Assembly (NCBI GenBank): GCA_964372275.1
Contig: CAYJRR010000009.1
Location: 1 to 55,092, forward strand
Origin: an uncultured bacterium
GTDB taxonomy: Bacteria > CAYJRR01
Direction: 5' to 3'
DNA: 55,092 nucleotides
The notes beneath the pieces were generated by a model, which was given only the letters and a program-made list of their open reading frames with translations, was not told where the DNA came from and made no database searches. The translations under genes and the position numbers were made by a program. Positions 52,185 through 55,092 of this stretch are shown here, piece by piece (positions within the stretch are counted from its first letter, which is position 1; the number at the start of each line of letters is the position of its first letter).

Positions 52185-54509
52185 TTGTCCGAGCCACTCG
52201 ACGGTCAGGAGGAACGTCGCCGCCGGCGTGAGCGCTGGCTGATCGGGATCTTCTCGATCCTGATCGCGGGGTTCACCTATCTCGAGATCCGCCTCTCGCG
52301 TTTCAGCGAGGGGCTGCCGGTCACCAACAACCTGCTGTTCTTCGGGCTCGTCAACGTCAACGTCATCCTGACGCTGGCGCTGGTCTTCCTCGTCTTCCGG
52401 AATGTCGCCAAGCTGGTCTTCGACCGCCGGACGGCGGGGGGGACGCCGCTGCGGAACAAGCTGGTCCTGGCCTTCGCCGGGTTCACGCTCGTCCCGTCGG
52501 TGCTCCTCTTCTCGGTCGCCACCGGCTTCGTGGTGAACAGCGTCAACTCCTGGTTCGACCCGATCGTCGAGTCGAGCCTTTCCGACGCGCTGGAGGTGGC
52601 GCGCCTCTACTACCAGCGGGCCGAGGACGACGTGAAGGAGGCCGCGGTGCGGATCGCGACGGCGGTCGGGGAGTCGGGCCAGATCGAGCGGCCGACGCCG
52701 GGGGGGTTGCCTTACATCGCGGAGGAGCGGCGCGGGGAATGGCGCATCGACGCGGTCGAGATCTTCGGCAGCTCCGAGGCCTCGCTCGCGCGGTCGGCCG
52801 ACGCCACCACCACCGCGGAGCTCAAAGCCATCGAGCCGGCCTTCCTCGCCATCGGGCTGGACGGAACGGTGCAGACCCGCACCCAGACGTTCGGGCGAGC
52901 CGACCTGGTCTCCGGGATCGCGCCTATCTGGCCGCGCGACTGCCCCGAATACTCGAGGCACAACGACCAGTCGATCCGAGGGTGCCGGCCCAGCGGGGCG
53001 GTGCTGGTGCAGAAGATCCTGCCCGAGAGCGTCAAGGCCAAAACCGGGAACATCTACACCGGATTCGCCGGCTACCGGCAGGTCAAGATCTACAAGTCTC
53101 CGCTCGAGACCTCCTACGTGGCGATGCTCTCGACGATCACCCTGCTCGTGATCTTCGCCGCCACCTGGCTCGGCATCCTGCTGGCGCGCGGAATCTCCGG
53201 GCCGCTCAAGACTCTCGCCGACGCGACGCGGGAGGTCGCCGCGGGGAATCTCGACGTCGCGGTGCCCGAAACCGGCGGAGACGAGATCGGCCAGGTCGTT
53301 CACGCCTTCAACCGCATGACGGGCGAGCTCAAGTCGAGCCGCGAGCGGGTGGAGAAGGCGAACGCCGACCTCCTGCGATCGAACGTGGAGCTCGAGCAGC
53401 GCCGCCGATACATGGAGGTCGTGCTCAAGAACATCGCGGCCGGCGTGGTCGCCTTCGACCGCGAAGGGCGGATCAGCGCCATGAACGACGCGGCGGCTCG
53501 CCTGCTGGCCGTCCCCGACCTTTCGCGCGTGCTCGGGCGTCGATACGCGGACGTGCTGCCGGAGAGCTACCGCGACATCGCGGGCCAGCTTCTCGCCGAG
53601 CTGGAGGCGGCCCCTTCGGGGTCGGCGTCGAAGCAGGTGACGATCTCGATCCAGGGGGAGACGCGGACCGTCCTGGTGACGATCAACGCCCTGCGCGAGC
53701 GCGATTCGGGGGAGGCGCGGCCGCGAACGCTCGGCATGGTGGTGGTGCTCGACGACCTGACGCCGATCCTTCGCGCGCAGCGCGCCGCCGCGTGGCGGGA
53801 GGTGGCGAGGCGCATCGCGCACGAGATCAAGAATCCGCTCACGCCGGTGCAGCTGTCGGCGCAACGCCTGAAGCGACGCTTCGCCGACCAGATCGCCGAG
53901 GGGCGCGAAGTGTTCGACGAGTGTACCGATACCATCGGGCGGCAGGTGGAGGAGCTACGCCAGCTGGTGAACGAGTTCTCCGAGTTCGCGCGGATGCCGG
54001 AGGCCCGTCCCCTGCCGAGCGACCTCAATGCGACCGTCGCCGAGGCGGTGGCGCTGTTCCGGAACGCCCATGCCGGGATCTCGATCCGGCTCGATGCCGA
54101 TCCGGCGATGCCGGTCTTCGACCTCGATCGCGAGCAGATCAAGCGCGCGGTGATCAACCTCGTCGACAACGCCTGCGCCGCAGTCGATGGAGGGCAGGGG
54201 TCGGCGATCGACGTCTCCACCGACTACGAGCCGGGGTTGGGGATCGCGCGCGTGACGGTCTCCGACGACGGTCCGGGGATCGCCCCCGACGCCAAGAGCC
54301 GCCTGTTCGAGCCCTACTTCTCCACCAAGAAGACCGGCACGGGACTCGGACTTTCGATCGTGCATCGCATCGTCGCCGACCACGAGGGATTCATCCGGGT
54401 GCAGGAAAACAGGCCGCGGGGCACCCGTTTCGTGATCGAATTGCCGGTCAAAGGTGCGGACGAGTCCCGGCGGCGAGCGGCCGACGCGGGCGGAAAGAAC
54501 GGACCCTAG
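52185..54509 (+). CDS. ntrY: NtrY-like sensor histidine kinase (HAMP-PAS-HisKA-HATPase)
   Basis: AAWREVARRIAHEIKNPLTPVQLSA, FSEFARMP and GTGLGL motifs. TTG start follows GGGGAG. Confidence 0.9.
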   Translation: MSEPLDGQEERRRRRERWLIGIFSILIAGFTYLEIRLSRFSEGLPVTNNLLFFGLVNVNVILTLALVFLVFRNVAKLVFDRRTAGGTPLRNKLVLAFAGFTLVPSVLLFSVATGFVVNSVNSWFDPIVESSLSDALEVARLYYQRAEDDVKEAAVRIATAVGESGQIERPTPGGLPYIAEERRGEWRIDAVEIFGSSEASLARSADATTTAELKAIEPAFLAIGLDGTVQTRTQTFGRADLVSGIAPIWPRDCPEYSRHNDQSIRGCRPSGAVLVQKILPESVKAKTGNIYTGFAGYRQVKIYKSPLETSYVAMLSTITLLVIFAATWLGILLARGISGPLKTLADATREVAAGNLDVAVPETGGDEIGQVVHAFNRMTGELKSSRERVEKANADLLRSNVELEQRRRYMEVVLKNIAAGVVAFDREGRISAMNDAAARLLAVPDLSRVLGRRYADVLPESYRDIAGQLLAELEAAPSGSASKQVTISIQGETRTVLVTINALRERDSGEARPRTLGMVVVLDDLTPILRAQRAAAWREVARRIAHEIKNPLTPVQLSAQRLKRRFADQIAEGREVFDECTDTIGRQVEELRQLVNEFSEFARMPEARPLPSDLNATVAEAVALFRNAHAGISIRLDADPAMPVFDLDREQIKRAVINLVDNACAAVDGGQGSAIDVSTDYEPGLGIARVTVSDDGPGIAPDAKSRLFEPYFSTKKTGTGLGLSIVHRIVADHEGFIRVQENRPRGTRFVIELPVKGADESRRRAADAGGKNGP

Positions 54510-54521
54510 GGGAGCCCTCTT

Positions 54522-55092
54522 TTGCGAGCGCTGGGCGCCAAGCAGACGATCCTGGTGGTCGACGACGAGGACGCGATCCTCCGTTCCCTGTCGGGGGTCC
54601 TGGGCGACGAGGGGTTCCAGGTCGCCACCGCCAAGGACGGTGAGACGGCGCTCCGGCTGCTCGAATCGGCCTCCCACGACCTGCTCCTGCTCGACGTCTG
54701 GATGCCCGGGATCGACGGCCTGGAGGTCTTGGGCCGGCTCCGCGAGCGGGGCCATCGCGTGCCGGTGATCGTGATGAGCGGTCACGGCACGATCGAGACG
54801 GCGGTCAAGGCGACGAAGCTCGGCGCCTACGACTTCATCGAGAAGCCGCTTTCGATCGAGAAGGTGATGCTCGCGGTCGATCACGCGCTCGAGCGGAAGC
54901 TGCTCCAGGCGGAGAACGAGGAGCTCAAGGCCAAGGTCGAGCGCCGCTACGAGATGATCGGCGAAAGCCCGTCGGTCCGGGACCTCCGGGAACGGATCGC
55001 CACCGTCGCGCCGTCGAACGGGTGGGTCCTGATCCGGGGCGAAAACGGCACCGGCAAGGAGCTGATCGCCCGGGCCGTCCACCGCGAGAGCC
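54522..55092 (+). CDS. ntrX: NtrX-like sigma-54-dependent response regulator (runs off the right edge)
   Basis: Read by hand: ILVVDDE, LLDVWMPG, MSGHGTIETAVKATKLGAYDFIEKP and VLIRGENGTGKELIA. Confidence 0.9.
   Translation, partial: MRALGAKQTILVVDDEDAILRSLSGVLGDEGFQVATAKDGETALRLLESASHDLLLLDVWMPGIDGLEVLGRLRERGHRVPVIVMSGHGTIETAVKATKLGAYDFIEKPLSIEKVMLAVDHALERKLLQAENEELKAKVERRYEMIGESPSVRDLRERIATVAPSNGWVLIRGENGTGKELIARAVHRES

Noticed and set aside
50478-53864. 1128-aa minus-strand ORF
   Set aside because: Antisense shadow of DUF192, lpxC and ntrY.

Overview
A 55 kb, very GC-rich bacterial chromosomal segment, most likely from a Myxococcota-like (deltaproteobacterial) genome. This is inferred from MYXO-CTERM-like tails, an AgmX/PglI-like domain, the L17 insertion and lpxC-ntrYX synteny. 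It is a scaffold with one 100-N gap at 38592-38691. From left to right it holds: a giant minus-strand FG-GAP/Ig lipoprotein that runs off the left edge and is absent from the ORF track; an acyl-CoA catabolic patch; a Fis-HTH regulator; adh, greB and mutM; a radical SAM + nucleoside-hydrolase-like pair converging on DUF547 and MauE-START genes; ALDH, thioesterase, VKOR-DsbA and ltaE; an ECF sigma/anti-sigma/CopD operon divergent from a ccmEFH(I)ABCD operon with a Cys-type CcmE; a block of surface lipoproteins (vWA, CxxCH DUF1588/1585-like, partner lipoprotein, Tat DUF1501-like); an alpha operon that starts at rpsK without rpsM; tlyA, a secreted metalloprotease, HIT and a TldD-like gene; and lpxC with ntrY/ntrX. 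I saw no rRNA, tRNA, CRISPR array or transposase. The best leads are: (1) a divergent tetraether-synthase (Tes/GDGT-MAS)-like radical SAM enzyme next to a START lipid-binding fusion; (2) a 151-bp inverted heptamer-repeat element in the 5' end of ccmH that could act as a frame switch; (3) beta-propellers nested inside split Ig domains; (4) the ccm-linked heme lipoprotein/DUF1501 module; (5) a set of candidate sigma-54 promoters; (6) the rpsM-less alpha operon. All family calls come from motif recognition by eye, not from database searches.
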